From assembly GCA_030535795.1 (NCBI GenBank), contig JAUNRE010000001.1:6801-70800 (forward strand): 64,000 nucleotides of DNA. The letters run 5' to 3'. Under the pieces are notes generated by a model. That model had not been told where the DNA came from. It searched no databases and saw only the letters and a program-made list of their open reading frames with translations. This document shows, in pieces, positions 40,728-49,401 of this stretch. The first letter of the stretch is position 1. Every line of letters begins with the position of its first letter. A program made the position numbers and the translations under genes. This DNA is from Akkermansia sp. GTDB taxonomy: Bacteria; Verrucomicrobiota; Verrucomicrobiia; Verrucomicrobiales; Akkermansiaceae.

Positions 40728-41899
40728 TCCTTAGCTTTTGTCTTTCCGGGCTTTGATTTTGTTTTAGGAGCCTCAGTTGTCTCAACGGGTTTGCTGCCGT
40801 AGATTTCATCCGGACGGCGGTCGCCGAAGATGATTCCCAGGTCGCGCGCTGTGCGAACAATCTGGCTGTCCTCCTTGACCATTCGGGGGTGGGCAATAGC
40901 CTGAGAAATCGGCACGCTGTCAACGTTCAGACCATTGAGTACCACGGTGCGGCCGAAGTTGCTCTGCTCGATGAGCTTCACTGCTTCTACGCCGAATCGT
41001 ATACCGAGAATACGGTCGAACGGGCAGGGGCTGCCGCCTCGCTGGGTGTGCCCCAGCACGCAGTAGCGAGTTTCGATGCCGGTCATCTCCTCAAGCATCT
41101 TGGAGAGGCGGTTACCGATGCCACCCAGACGCTCATCGCCATTGTCCTTGTTGCGCACCGTGACGAGCTTGCCGTTGAGCTTGGCACCTTCAGCCACGAC
41201 GACGATAATCTCGCGCTGCCCCTTGACTTTGCGCGCTTTCACGCAATCCACCACGTTTTGCAGGTCGAACGGAATCTCGGGAATGAGCACTACGTCGGCT
41301 GCCGAAGAAATGGCAGAGTGCAGAGCAATCCAGCCTGACTGGTCGCCCATCACTTCCACCACCATCATGCGCTGGTGGGCGTTGGCGGTGGTGCGAATGC
41401 GGTCGATGGATTCGCTTACAACCGATACCGCGCTCTGGAAACCGAATGTGTAATCAGAGTCGGGGCAGAGGTCGTTGTTAATCGTCTTGGGAATGGAGAT
41501 AACAGGCAGCCCTTCCTCAGAGAGGAGGTTTGCCGTGCGGGCAGAGCCGTTGCCGCCGATAACAGCCAGAGCCTGCAGCCCGAGAGCCGAGATTGTCTTG
41601 GTGGCCTTGGCCATAATTTCAGGGTCAACACGAGGAATGCCCAACTTATTGATGACGACATGGAAGTTGCCCGTGTTGGTGGTGCCGAGGATGGTGCCGC
41701 CGCGGGAACGAATCTTGTGCGTCTTCATGGGGGTGAGCATCTCGTAGCGGCGACCGCCTTCCACGGGAAGCAGGCCTTCAAAGCCATCGTGGAAGCCAAT
41801 CACACGCCAGCCGCGACTGTAGGCAGCGGACACGTACCCCTCAATAACTGCGTTGATGCCGGGGCAATCACCGCCTGAATTGAGAATACCGATAATCAT
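40724..41899 (-). CDS. PfkA paralog with degenerate active site
   Basis: GGDCPGIN, GGTILGT, LGHTQRGG kept; GGNGS, PKTINND, MGDQSG altered. Confidence 0.85.
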   Translation of the reverse strand: MIIGILNSGGDCPGINAVIEGYVSAAYSRGWRVIGFHDGFEGLLPVEGGRRYEMLTPMKTHKIRSRGGTILGTTNTGNFHVVINKLGIPRVDPEIMAKATKTISALGLQALAVIGGNGSARTANLLSEEGLPVISIPKTINNDLCPDSDYTFGFQSAVSVVSESIDRIRTTANAHQRMMVVEVMGDQSGWIALHSAISSAADVVLIPEIPFDLQNVVDCVKARKVKGQREIIVVVAEGAKLNGKLVTVRNKDNGDERLGGIGNRLSKMLEEMTGIETRYCVLGHTQRGGSPCPFDRILGIRFGVEAVKLIEQSNFGRTVVLNGLNVDSVPISQAIAHPRMVKEDSQIVRTARDLGIIFGDRRPDEIYGSKPVETTEAPKTKSKPGKTKAKE

Positions 41900-41931
41900 A
41901 TATGGATTTTTTTTCTAGTATGTGTTTGGAA

Positions 41932-43122
41932 TTATTCTGCTGCCCCCGGAGCCGGGATGGCGCCGAGGTAGTGGGCGCAGCACCAGAGGGCACGCGGGTG
42001 GTGGAAGAAGCTCTTCCACATGGAGCCTTTCAGGCCATTGGTTGTTGTGCCGTCCTGGTTGCAATAGCCGAACCACTCGCCGTGCTCCTTATCCTGCAGG
42101 TGCTCAAAGGCCCAATCATGAATGCGCTTGTGCCATTCGGCGTATTTTTCATCGCCGGTCATGACGTAAGCAAGGCAAGTGCCGATGAGTGCTTCATCGT
42201 GCGGCCACCAGAACTTCATGTTGTGCCAGTATTCCTGCACGGGTTTGTTGTATACGTCGGTGTAGTACAGCAGACCGCCGTATTTCTTGTCCCAGCCGCG
42301 CTCCAGAGCCCAGTCAATCATCTTGCAACCTGTCTCGATGAGCCCCTTGTCGCCACCGCGGTAGCGTGCTTCTTCCAGCACGAACCAGCCGCCTTCAATA
42401 TCGTGGCCGGGGTTGAGTGTACGTTCGTCAAAGTGGTCGATGATGGAGCCGTCGGGAGCAACATTTTCCATCACGGCTTTCACGTCTTCGTGCATGAAAA
42501 GAGTGCGCAGGTCGTTGATGCAGCGGTCAATCCATGCGGTCAGGCTGCCGTCTGCATCGCCCAGGTAGCGGCGAAGCTCCTGAGCCGTGACAATCATAAT
42601 CATGCGGCAACCCAGGTTCTCGCCGGGGCGCTTGCCCGTGCTTTTGGGTGCCATCTTGCCGGGGGTGAAGAAGACATCGGCGTAGATGTCGAACCAGTGG
42701 CGGGCGCGTTCGGCGCTCTTGGCGTCACCGGTGGCGCCGTAGTGAGCTGCCCAGGCAATAGCGGCAAAGCATTCGCTGTAGGCATAGCGGCGTTTGCGGA
42801 TGGGGGTGCCGTCCGCCGTCATGTGGAAGTACATGCGGCCGTCGCTGGGGTCTACGCACTTCTCTTCCAGGAACTTGAGAGCGCTTTCTGCGTATTCTTT
42901 CCATTCCGGGCGCTTTTCGATGCTGTTGTAGCAGGTAAGGAGCATCCAAGCCATGCGACCCTGTGCCCATACGTTCTTGTCAGTATCTACCAGCGTGCCG
43001 TCAGCTGCGCAGCAATGGTAGAGCCCCCCGTTCACTGTGTCCAGGGAACGGGGGAACCAGAACGGTACTACCTCATTGAGCAGCTTGTCTTTGTAGAACT
43101 CGCCAAGTGCTTTTTTATCCAT
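41932..43122 (-). CDS. N-acylglucosamine 2-epimerase (AGE family)
   Basis: DKNVWAQGR, LNPGHDIEGGWF, KFWWPHDE, KSFFHHPR. Confidence 0.9.
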   Translation of the reverse strand: MDKKALGEFYKDKLLNEVVPFWFPRSLDTVNGGLYHCCAADGTLVDTDKNVWAQGRMAWMLLTCYNSIEKRPEWKEYAESALKFLEEKCVDPSDGRMYFHMTADGTPIRKRRYAYSECFAAIAWAAHYGATGDAKSAERARHWFDIYADVFFTPGKMAPKSTGKRPGENLGCRMIMIVTAQELRRYLGDADGSLTAWIDRCINDLRTLFMHEDVKAVMENVAPDGSIIDHFDERTLNPGHDIEGGWFVLEEARYRGGDKGLIETGCKMIDWALERGWDKKYGGLLYYTDVYNKPVQEYWHNMKFWWPHDEALIGTCLAYVMTGDEKYAEWHKRIHDWAFEHLQDKEHGEWFGYCNQDGTTTNGLKGSMWKSFFHHPRALWCCAHYLGAIPAPGAAE

Positions 43123-43142
43123 GATGAGGCAGGGTCTAGGGG

Positions 43143-44069
43143 TTATTTGTAAATGGCCCAGTCGTAGAAGCCAATGGCTTTCAGCTCGCTCTTAAGAGCA
43201 TCGAGGGTGGCCTTGTCCTGCTTGCCCATGGGCAGACGAGCCGGCCCGAAGTCCACGCCTGTCCATTCGCTCATGAGGTACTTGCAGCAGCCCATGTAGC
43301 CCTTGCCGGCGATGATGTTAATCATGGTGACGGAAAGCTGCTGCAGGCGGCGAGCTTCGGCCATGTTACCTTCATCCACAGCCTTCATGATGTCGTTGTA
43401 GAGCTTGGGTGCGTAGTTGAAAGAGGAACCGACACCGCCCTTGGCACCGGTGGCATAGGCGCCCAGGAACCACTCGTCCACGCCCCACGGGATGTCGTAC
43501 TTGCCGCCGTCATAGTTGAGGGCGTCCATGTAGAGAGCGAGGTCGGGGTTGGTGAATTTCACGCCCACGAAGTTGGGGATGTTGGCTGCGCAGGACTCAA
43601 TCATCTTGCAGGGGTTGAAGCCAACGTGGGTGAGGGCGGGAATGTCGTAGAAGTAGAAGGGCAGCTCAGGGGCGCCGGATGCGGCTACGGCAAGGCTCTG
43701 GGTGAGCAGCTCTACGCTGCCGGGCTTGAAGTAGCAGGGGGCATTGCAAGCTGTGGCGGTAGCACCACACTCTACAGCATAAGCTGCCAGCTCACGGCCG
43801 TCATAAACGCAGTTGCCGCCGGTGTGAACGATAACATCGATGCCGTACTTCTTGCCGGCCTCACCCCAGGCTGCCATGTTCTCCTTGCGCTCGGTGAGCT
43901 GCATGTGGGCGGATTCACCGGTGGAGCCGGTGATGAAGACTGACTTGATGCCCTGGGAAGCCAAGAACTTAGCTTGAGCATCAACTGCATTGGGGTTGCA
44001 GGAGCCGTCTGCGTTCATAGGCGTGTGCGTAGCAGCACAGAGACCGTGAATTTTGAATGTGGTGTTCAT
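43143..44069 (-). CDS. nanA: N-acetylneuraminate lyase (DHDPS family)
   Basis: GSTGE, FYDIPALT, GVKFT (Schiff-base Lys), GVDE, VGSSFN; next to an AGE epimerase. Confidence 0.8.
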   Translation of the reverse strand: MNTTFKIHGLCAATHTPMNADGSCNPNAVDAQAKFLASQGIKSVFITGSTGESAHMQLTERKENMAAWGEAGKKYGIDVIVHTGGNCVYDGRELAAYAVECGATATACNAPCYFKPGSVELLTQSLAVAASGAPELPFYFYDIPALTHVGFNPCKMIESCAANIPNFVGVKFTNPDLALYMDALNYDGGKYDIPWGVDEWFLGAYATGAKGGVGSSFNYAPKLYNDIMKAVDEGNMAEARRLQQLSVTMINIIAGKGYMGCCKYLMSEWTGVDFGPARLPMGKQDKATLDALKSELKAIGFYDWAIYK

Positions 44070-44321
44070 AATCTGAGTTGACGGGTGTAAGAATTATTCC
44101 CTGCCATTGTTTTACCTTTTTTTGCGGCAAGTTGCAAGATAAAACTGTTCTTTGGGGGTGTTTTGCGGTGATTTTGCAGTGAATGCGGGAATTTTATGCG
44201 TGACGCGAGGCCTTCGGCTGTGATTGTTTGGTGGCATTTTTGTGGTGAGACGTCCTTTTTTGTTGCAGGGGCAGGGGGAATCTGATAGAATGTCAAGCAC
44301 AGGATATTTTCGCTTACAGCT

Positions 44322-45293
44322 ATGACAACGGATCACACCATTCGCGGGAAAAAGGTATTTGAGGATGAGATAGCAGCCCTGCAGGCCATCTGCGCGCGTC
44401 TCGATGATTCATTTGTGCAGGCGGTCAACGCCATGCGCAAGGCAATTGAAACCGGCCACAAGATTATTGTGGTGGGTGTCGGTAAGAGCGGTCTTATCGG
44501 TAATAAGATAGCTGCTACCCTCACCTCCACCGGCGCTCCCTCCGTGGTGCTGGATTCCATGAATGCCATGCATGGCGACCTGGGTATTGTGCAGGATGGT
44601 GATGCCTGCATTGCTATGTCCTTCTCGGGTGAAACATCTGAGCTGCTGACGCTGATGCCTTTCCTGAAGCGCTTCGACATGACAATCATCAGCATGACGG
44701 GCAAGTGCAGCTCGACACTGGCCGAGCTCTCCGATGTGGTGCTTGATACGGCGGTGGAGCGCGAAGCTGACCCCTTGAATCTGGCACCGACTTCGTCTTC
44801 TACCGCTATGCTGGTGATGGGTGATGCTCTGGCGATGGCTCTGCTGGAGGCTCGCAACTTCACCAAGGAAGACTTCGCTCGCAGTCATCCCGGCGGCTCG
44901 CTGGGGCGTGCTTTGTTGATGCGTATTGCTGACATCATGCGCAAGGAGTTTGCCACGCAGCCTGAGAGCGCCACGGTGGCTGAGTGTATTATCGCCATGA
45001 CATCTGCGCGCGCAGGCGCCTGCGTGCTGACACACGAGGATGGTACGCTGGCCGGTGTGTTCACCCATGGTGACTTTGCCCGCGCATATCAGGCGAATCC
45101 TGCCTGCGGCACACAGCCCGTGGCTGCCCTGATGACTAAAAACCCCGTATTTGTCGAAGCCGATAAGCTGGCAATTACTGCGGTGAAGACCCTGCGCGAC
45201 CGTCGTATTGATGACTTGGTGGTGCTGGATGCCGAACACAAGCCGGTCGGACTCATCGATACGCAGGATTTAGTGCGTCTCAAGCTCATTTAA
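44322..45293 (+). CDS. kdsD: KpsF/GutQ arabinose-5-phosphate isomerase (SIS + CBS)
   Basis: GVGKSG, HGDLG, SGET, APTSS, HPGGSLG. Confidence 0.92.
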   Translation: MTTDHTIRGKKVFEDEIAALQAICARLDDSFVQAVNAMRKAIETGHKIIVVGVGKSGLIGNKIAATLTSTGAPSVVLDSMNAMHGDLGIVQDGDACIAMSFSGETSELLTLMPFLKRFDMTIISMTGKCSSTLAELSDVVLDTAVEREADPLNLAPTSSSTAMLVMGDALAMALLEARNFTKEDFARSHPGGSLGRALLMRIADIMRKEFATQPESATVAECIIAMTSARAGACVLTHEDGTLAGVFTHGDFARAYQANPACGTQPVAALMTKNPVFVEADKLAITAVKTLRDRRIDDLVVLDAEHKPVGLIDTQDLVRLKLI

Positions 45294-45412
45294 GTGCATA
45301 AAAGCAAAAAAAATCACGTAAAACGCACTTTAGGCTTGCAATTTGTTCGAAAAAGGTGCATTCTTTGCCGACGCTTTTTGCGAAAGCAAGACATCTTACT
45401 AAAATACAAGTT

Positions 45413-45691
45413 ATGAGAAAGTACGACGCACTGATCGTTTTTAACATGAAGGGTTCCGCCACCCTCGATGAGCTCACCGCAGATATCAAGGCTCAGCTTG
45501 AGGCTGCCGGTGCCAAGGTTTCTGAGGTTACCAACGTGGGCCGCCGCGAGTTTGCCTACGAGTCTCAGCACCTGAGCCATGGTCAGTACATGCTCTTTGC
45601 CTTCGAGGCCGAGCCCACCGTGATTCGCACTGTTCGCGAGGCTCTTGCCATCGACGAGCGTGTACACTACCAGTACTACCGCGCCAAGTAA
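45413..45691 (+). CDS. rpsF: 30S ribosomal protein S6
   Basis: MRKYDALIVF, GRREFAYE, GQY; 92 aa. Confidence 0.9.
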   Translation: MRKYDALIVFNMKGSATLDELTADIKAQLEAAGAKVSEVTNVGRREFAYESQHLSHGQYMLFAFEAEPTVIRTVREALAIDERVHYQYYRAK

Positions 45692-45735
45692 GCAGCTTTG
45701 CTCACTTGCTGCACGCATAAAGCTGATACTTTTTA

Positions 45736-45773
45736 CAGCCGGTTCTCCCCATGCGGAGAGCCGGCTGCTTTTT
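45736..45773 (+). terminator. rpsF terminator
   Basis: CAGCCGGTTCTCC / GGAGAGCCGGCTG followed by a T run. Confidence 0.85.
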
Positions 45774-45821
45774 GATGGGGGTATAAATGTCTGCGGGTGC
45801 GGGGCTGCGTAGGGACGCTTA

Positions 45822-46268
45822 TTATTCCTCCACTAACGGGAAGCGGTGAGAGAGGGGGTACTCCGGTACGTGAACGAGTTCCACACCGTAGAGCGCGGCA
45901 ATTTCCGGTGCCTGCGATGAGGCGTAGGCCTCGCCGTAGTAGATAGTCTTGACTCCGTGGGCGCAGAGTGCCTGCATGCAGGAGGTGCAGGGCATGGTGG
46001 TGCAGGCTACTATTTTTGCCTCACCGCGTTTGAACAAGCTGCAGAGGTTGATTTCTGCATGGAGCATGAACTTCTGCCGTTCCTCACGCGAGCTCCAGAA
46101 TCCCTCCGGCGCGGAAAAGCCGGGGAACAACCCATTGTAGGCTGTGCCGATGACTCGGTTGTCTTTGTCAAGAGCCGCTGCGCCCACTTTGCGGTACGGG
46201 TCTTCCGAGCGAAGTGCGGCCACGTGGGCCAGGGCCATAACATACTGAGGAATGGGGAGGCGACTCAT
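45822..46268 (-). CDS. dCMP deaminase family protein
   Basis: RSEDP..KVGA, YNG, HAE, PCTSC. Confidence 0.9.
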   Translation of the reverse strand: MSRLPIPQYVMALAHVAALRSEDPYRKVGAAALDKDNRVIGTAYNGLFPGFSAPEGFWSSREERQKFMLHAEINLCSLFKRGEAKIVACTTMPCTSCMQALCAHGVKTIYYGEAYASSQAPEIAALYGVELVHVPEYPLSHRFPLVEE

Positions 46269-46323
46269 GCGTGAATGATACCGTATTTTGAACTTATTGC
46301 AAGAGCAAAGCCTTCATGTTGCA

Positions 46324-47436
46324 TCATTTTTTATAAAAACGCTGCATGAAAGCCGGGTTCTGCTCCTCGTACAGCTTCGCTGCCATGTCGTCGGCCGTGT
46401 GGATGAAGAGTTTTTCCGAGCAGCACAGGAAGGGCGAAACTTGGTTGATTTTGCCGGAGGCTGCGTGATTGGTGCAACCGCAGGAGTTGAGGCAACGCCG
46501 GCGCAGACTGCATACCTTGCAGGCCGGGGTGGCACAGCCGCGAGTCGCAATGAGGTATTGTTGTTTCGCGCGGTTGATGCCTTCTGTGATGTTGCCGAAG
46601 TTCAGTTCGGGTGAATCTCCTTCTCCTACAAGGCGGGAGCAGGGGAAGAAGTTGCCATCCACACTCACGGCTATTTCACGCTCGCCGATGCGGCAGCGCT
46701 GGCAATCTCCCTCTGTTGCGTGCAGGTGCATGGTGATTTTATCCTCCAGATTGCGTAAACGAATGGGGGAGCCGCTGCGGTAGGAGTCCGCCACCTGTTC
46801 GGCCACAAGGGTGTATTGTCGGCTGAGGATTTCAAACTCTTCATCTGTCCATTCGCTCCAATAGTCGATATTCAGGCCGATTGTGCCATTGTAATGCGCT
46901 GCCAGCCATGCAACGCCGTCGTTGAGGTGTTGCACGTTGCCGGGGGTGACAACGCAGATGACCTGCGAGCGGACTCGCGGGTGCTCGACGATGCGCCGGA
47001 GCGCTTCGGCAACCTCGGCATGGCTACCGCTGCCATCCGGTCGGCGGCGGTTGATGTTGTGCATGGCTTCCGAGCCATCGATGGATAGCCCGATAAGGAA
47101 ATCGCGCTCCGCAAGCCAGGCGAGCTTTTCAGCGGAGAGCAGGGTGCCGTTCGTTGTGAGGCCGAATCGAGGCGGCACGATGAGCCCCTCTGCATGCGCC
47201 ATGGCATATTGGTAACACCATTGCAGCAGTTCCCACTCCAACAGAGGCTCGCCTCCAAAGAATGAAATATCAGCACCTTGCTTGCTCGTTCTCGCTTCTT
47301 CAAAAACGAGATCGATAGCGCGGGCTGCCGTTTCTCGGCTCATGGCATGTGCATATTTCCTCCCGGCGTAGCAGTAGCGACAGCGTAAGGTGCAGTCGTG
47401 CGTCAGGCACAATGTGCAGGTGATGGTGCTAATCAT
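46324..47436 (-). CDS. Radical SAM protein with SPASM domain
   Basis: CTLRCRYC, FFGGEPLL, TTNG, SIDG; C..DGNFFPC..CKVC..C...C. Confidence 0.92.
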   Translation of the reverse strand: MISTITCTLCLTHDCTLRCRYCYAGRKYAHAMSRETAARAIDLVFEEARTSKQGADISFFGGEPLLEWELLQWCYQYAMAHAEGLIVPPRFGLTTNGTLLSAEKLAWLAERDFLIGLSIDGSEAMHNINRRRPDGSGSHAEVAEALRRIVEHPRVRSQVICVVTPGNVQHLNDGVAWLAAHYNGTIGLNIDYWSEWTDEEFEILSRQYTLVAEQVADSYRSGSPIRLRNLEDKITMHLHATEGDCQRCRIGEREIAVSVDGNFFPCSRLVGEGDSPELNFGNITEGINRAKQQYLIATRGCATPACKVCSLRRRCLNSCGCTNHAASGKINQVSPFLCCSEKLFIHTADDMAAKLYEEQNPAFMQRFYKK

Positions 47437-47553
47437 TGTCGGTGTTTATTTGCAAGTCTATCATATCGGCACTTTATCGCAAGCTGAAAGAGGGTATGCA
47501 TGCTTTTTTGATTGATAGGAGAGGGAATTTCTGCTAGAATGGCAGCGTTATAT

Positions 47554-49401
47554 ATGAGTAAAGCGAAAGAGCCTCAATTTTCTGAGATGGCGCGCCCCTT
47601 CCTCAAAAAGTACCTCCCGCCATACAAATGGCTGGTGGTGTGGGGGATTGTGGCCGGCGTACTGGCCGCAGCCGCATCGGGGTTTGGTCTGCCTGTTATC
47701 GTGCAGAAAGTATGTCCCGTGGTGTTTGGTGAAGTGCCGCCGCCTGAATGGCTGACGCAGTGGCTGATGACGTTTGTGGCGCCGGAGAATATGGCTACGG
47801 CTACGCTGATAGGTGCCGCCTGTATCATACCCGTTGTCATGGGCATACGAGGGCTTGCGACATATTTCAATGCCTATTTGCTGACGCGCGCCGGTGTGGG
47901 GTTGGTGACGGACGTGCGTACCGATTTATTTGCCCGCCTGCAGTGGTTGTCTTTCTCTTTCCACGACCGCAACACACGCGGCGGACTCATGACGTCTATT
48001 ATTCAGTACACGCAGGGTATTCAGCAGCAGTTGTTGCAGATTCTTAATGACATCGTGGTGCAGCCGCTTACCTTGGTGGCTGCCGTTGCATATCTGGTCT
48101 ATGCTGCGGTTACGAACCACGAGAGTGCCGTTTTGCTGGGGAATCTGCTGATTTCCTGTCTCTGCATTCCGCTCGTGCGCTATGTGGGGAAGACTATCCT
48201 GAAGAAAATGAAGCAGGCTCTTTCCGGTATGACTGTCATTACCGCCAATGTGGAGGAGGCTCTGGCCGCACAGCGTGAGGTGCGCTCCTTCAATCTGGAG
48301 GCGCATCAGGAGAAGGTGCTGGGTGAAAATATCCGCAACTTCAACAAAGTTCTTGTCAAAATGGCCTCCTGGCGTGGAGCTCTCTCCCCGGCCATCGAGG
48401 TGGTCAGTGCCCTGGCACTGGCGTATTCTCTGTATCGCGGCAGCAGCGATGGCCTTACCCTCGAGGCGTTCACTGCCATTGCCACGGCGTTCTACTTCTG
48501 TTACGATCCGATTAAACGCCTCGGTACGGTGTCTACCCAGTGCCGCATGATGGCTGTCATGATGAATGGTATCAACAACATTCTCAACGCCAAGGACGAA
48601 ACACCGGAGCCGGAGGTGCCGGAGTCATTGTCCTCGCCGGTTCGCGGTGCAGTGGATTTCGAACACGTAACATTTGGCTACGATAAGACGAAAACAGTAT
48701 TGCATGATATATCCGTGCATGTGCCAGCCGGTGATGTGGTGGCTTTGGTGGGGCCGAGCGGTTCCGGTAAGACAACGTTTATTAACTTAATCTGCCGCTT
48801 TTATGATCCTCAGAAGGGGAGCGTGAAGATAGACGGTATTGATGTGCGCCGTATTTCTCGACGCGAGCGAACGGATAATATCGGCCTTGTTTCCCAGTTT
48901 GCCGCCCTGTTCCGCGACACGATTGCTGAAAATATCCGCGTGGGTAAGCCCGGGGCTGATGATGCCGCTGTGCGCCGAGCCGGAGACATGGCTTGCGTGA
49001 GCGAGTTTGCGGACATGAAACCCGAGGGGTATCAACTGATGCTGGCAGAAGGCGGCGGCGGTTTGTCCGGCGGACAGCGGCAGCGCGTTTCCATCGCCCG
49101 CGCGATTCTGAAAAACGCTCCCATTCTCATCCTGGATGAAGCGACATCCGCTCTCGACATGAAGAGTGAGGCCGTTATTCAGAAAGCGCTGGATGATATG
49201 GCCAGCGAGAGAACAACCTTTATCATAGCCCATCGCTTCAGTACGATACGAATGGCTCGCCGCATTCTGGTATTCAATGAGGGACGTATTGTGGGCGATG
49301 GTACACACGAGCAACTTTATGAGAACAGTGCCCTGTATCGCTCACTCTACGACGAACAGGTAAGCAGCGAAGCCCGCGAACGAAAGGAGAATCAGGAATG
49401 A
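47554..49401 (+). CDS. MsbA-like ABC exporter (TMD+NBD) 1
   Basis: GPSGSGKT, LSGGQRQR, ILDEATS, AHR. Confidence 0.93.
   Translation: MSKAKEPQFSEMARPFLKKYLPPYKWLVVWGIVAGVLAAAASGFGLPVIVQKVCPVVFGEVPPPEWLTQWLMTFVAPENMATATLIGAACIIPVVMGIRGLATYFNAYLLTRAGVGLVTDVRTDLFARLQWLSFSFHDRNTRGGLMTSIIQYTQGIQQQLLQILNDIVVQPLTLVAAVAYLVYAAVTNHESAVLLGNLLISCLCIPLVRYVGKTILKKMKQALSGMTVITANVEEALAAQREVRSFNLEAHQEKVLGENIRNFNKVLVKMASWRGALSPAIEVVSALALAYSLYRGSSDGLTLEAFTAIATAFYFCYDPIKRLGTVSTQCRMMAVMMNGINNILNAKDETPEPEVPESLSSPVRGAVDFEHVTFGYDKTKTVLHDISVHVPAGDVVALVGPSGSGKTTFINLICRFYDPQKGSVKIDGIDVRRISRRERTDNIGLVSQFAALFRDTIAENIRVGKPGADDAAVRRAGDMACVSEFADMKPEGYQLMLAEGGGGLSGGQRQRVSIARAILKNAPILILDEATSALDMKSEAVIQKALDDMASERTTFIIAHRFSTIRMARRILVFNEGRIVGDGTHEQLYENSALYRSLYDEQVSSEARERKENQE

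Noticed and set aside
40724-41899. pfk paralog as the missing ManNAc/GlcNAc kinase, or as a pseudogene
   Set aside because: Loss of the catalytic Asp argues against kinase activity; the intact, coupled ORF argues against decay
45692-47553. RiPP precursor peptide beside the rSAM gene
   Set aside because: Intergenic gaps are short and occupied by promoters and a terminator; no credible small ORF
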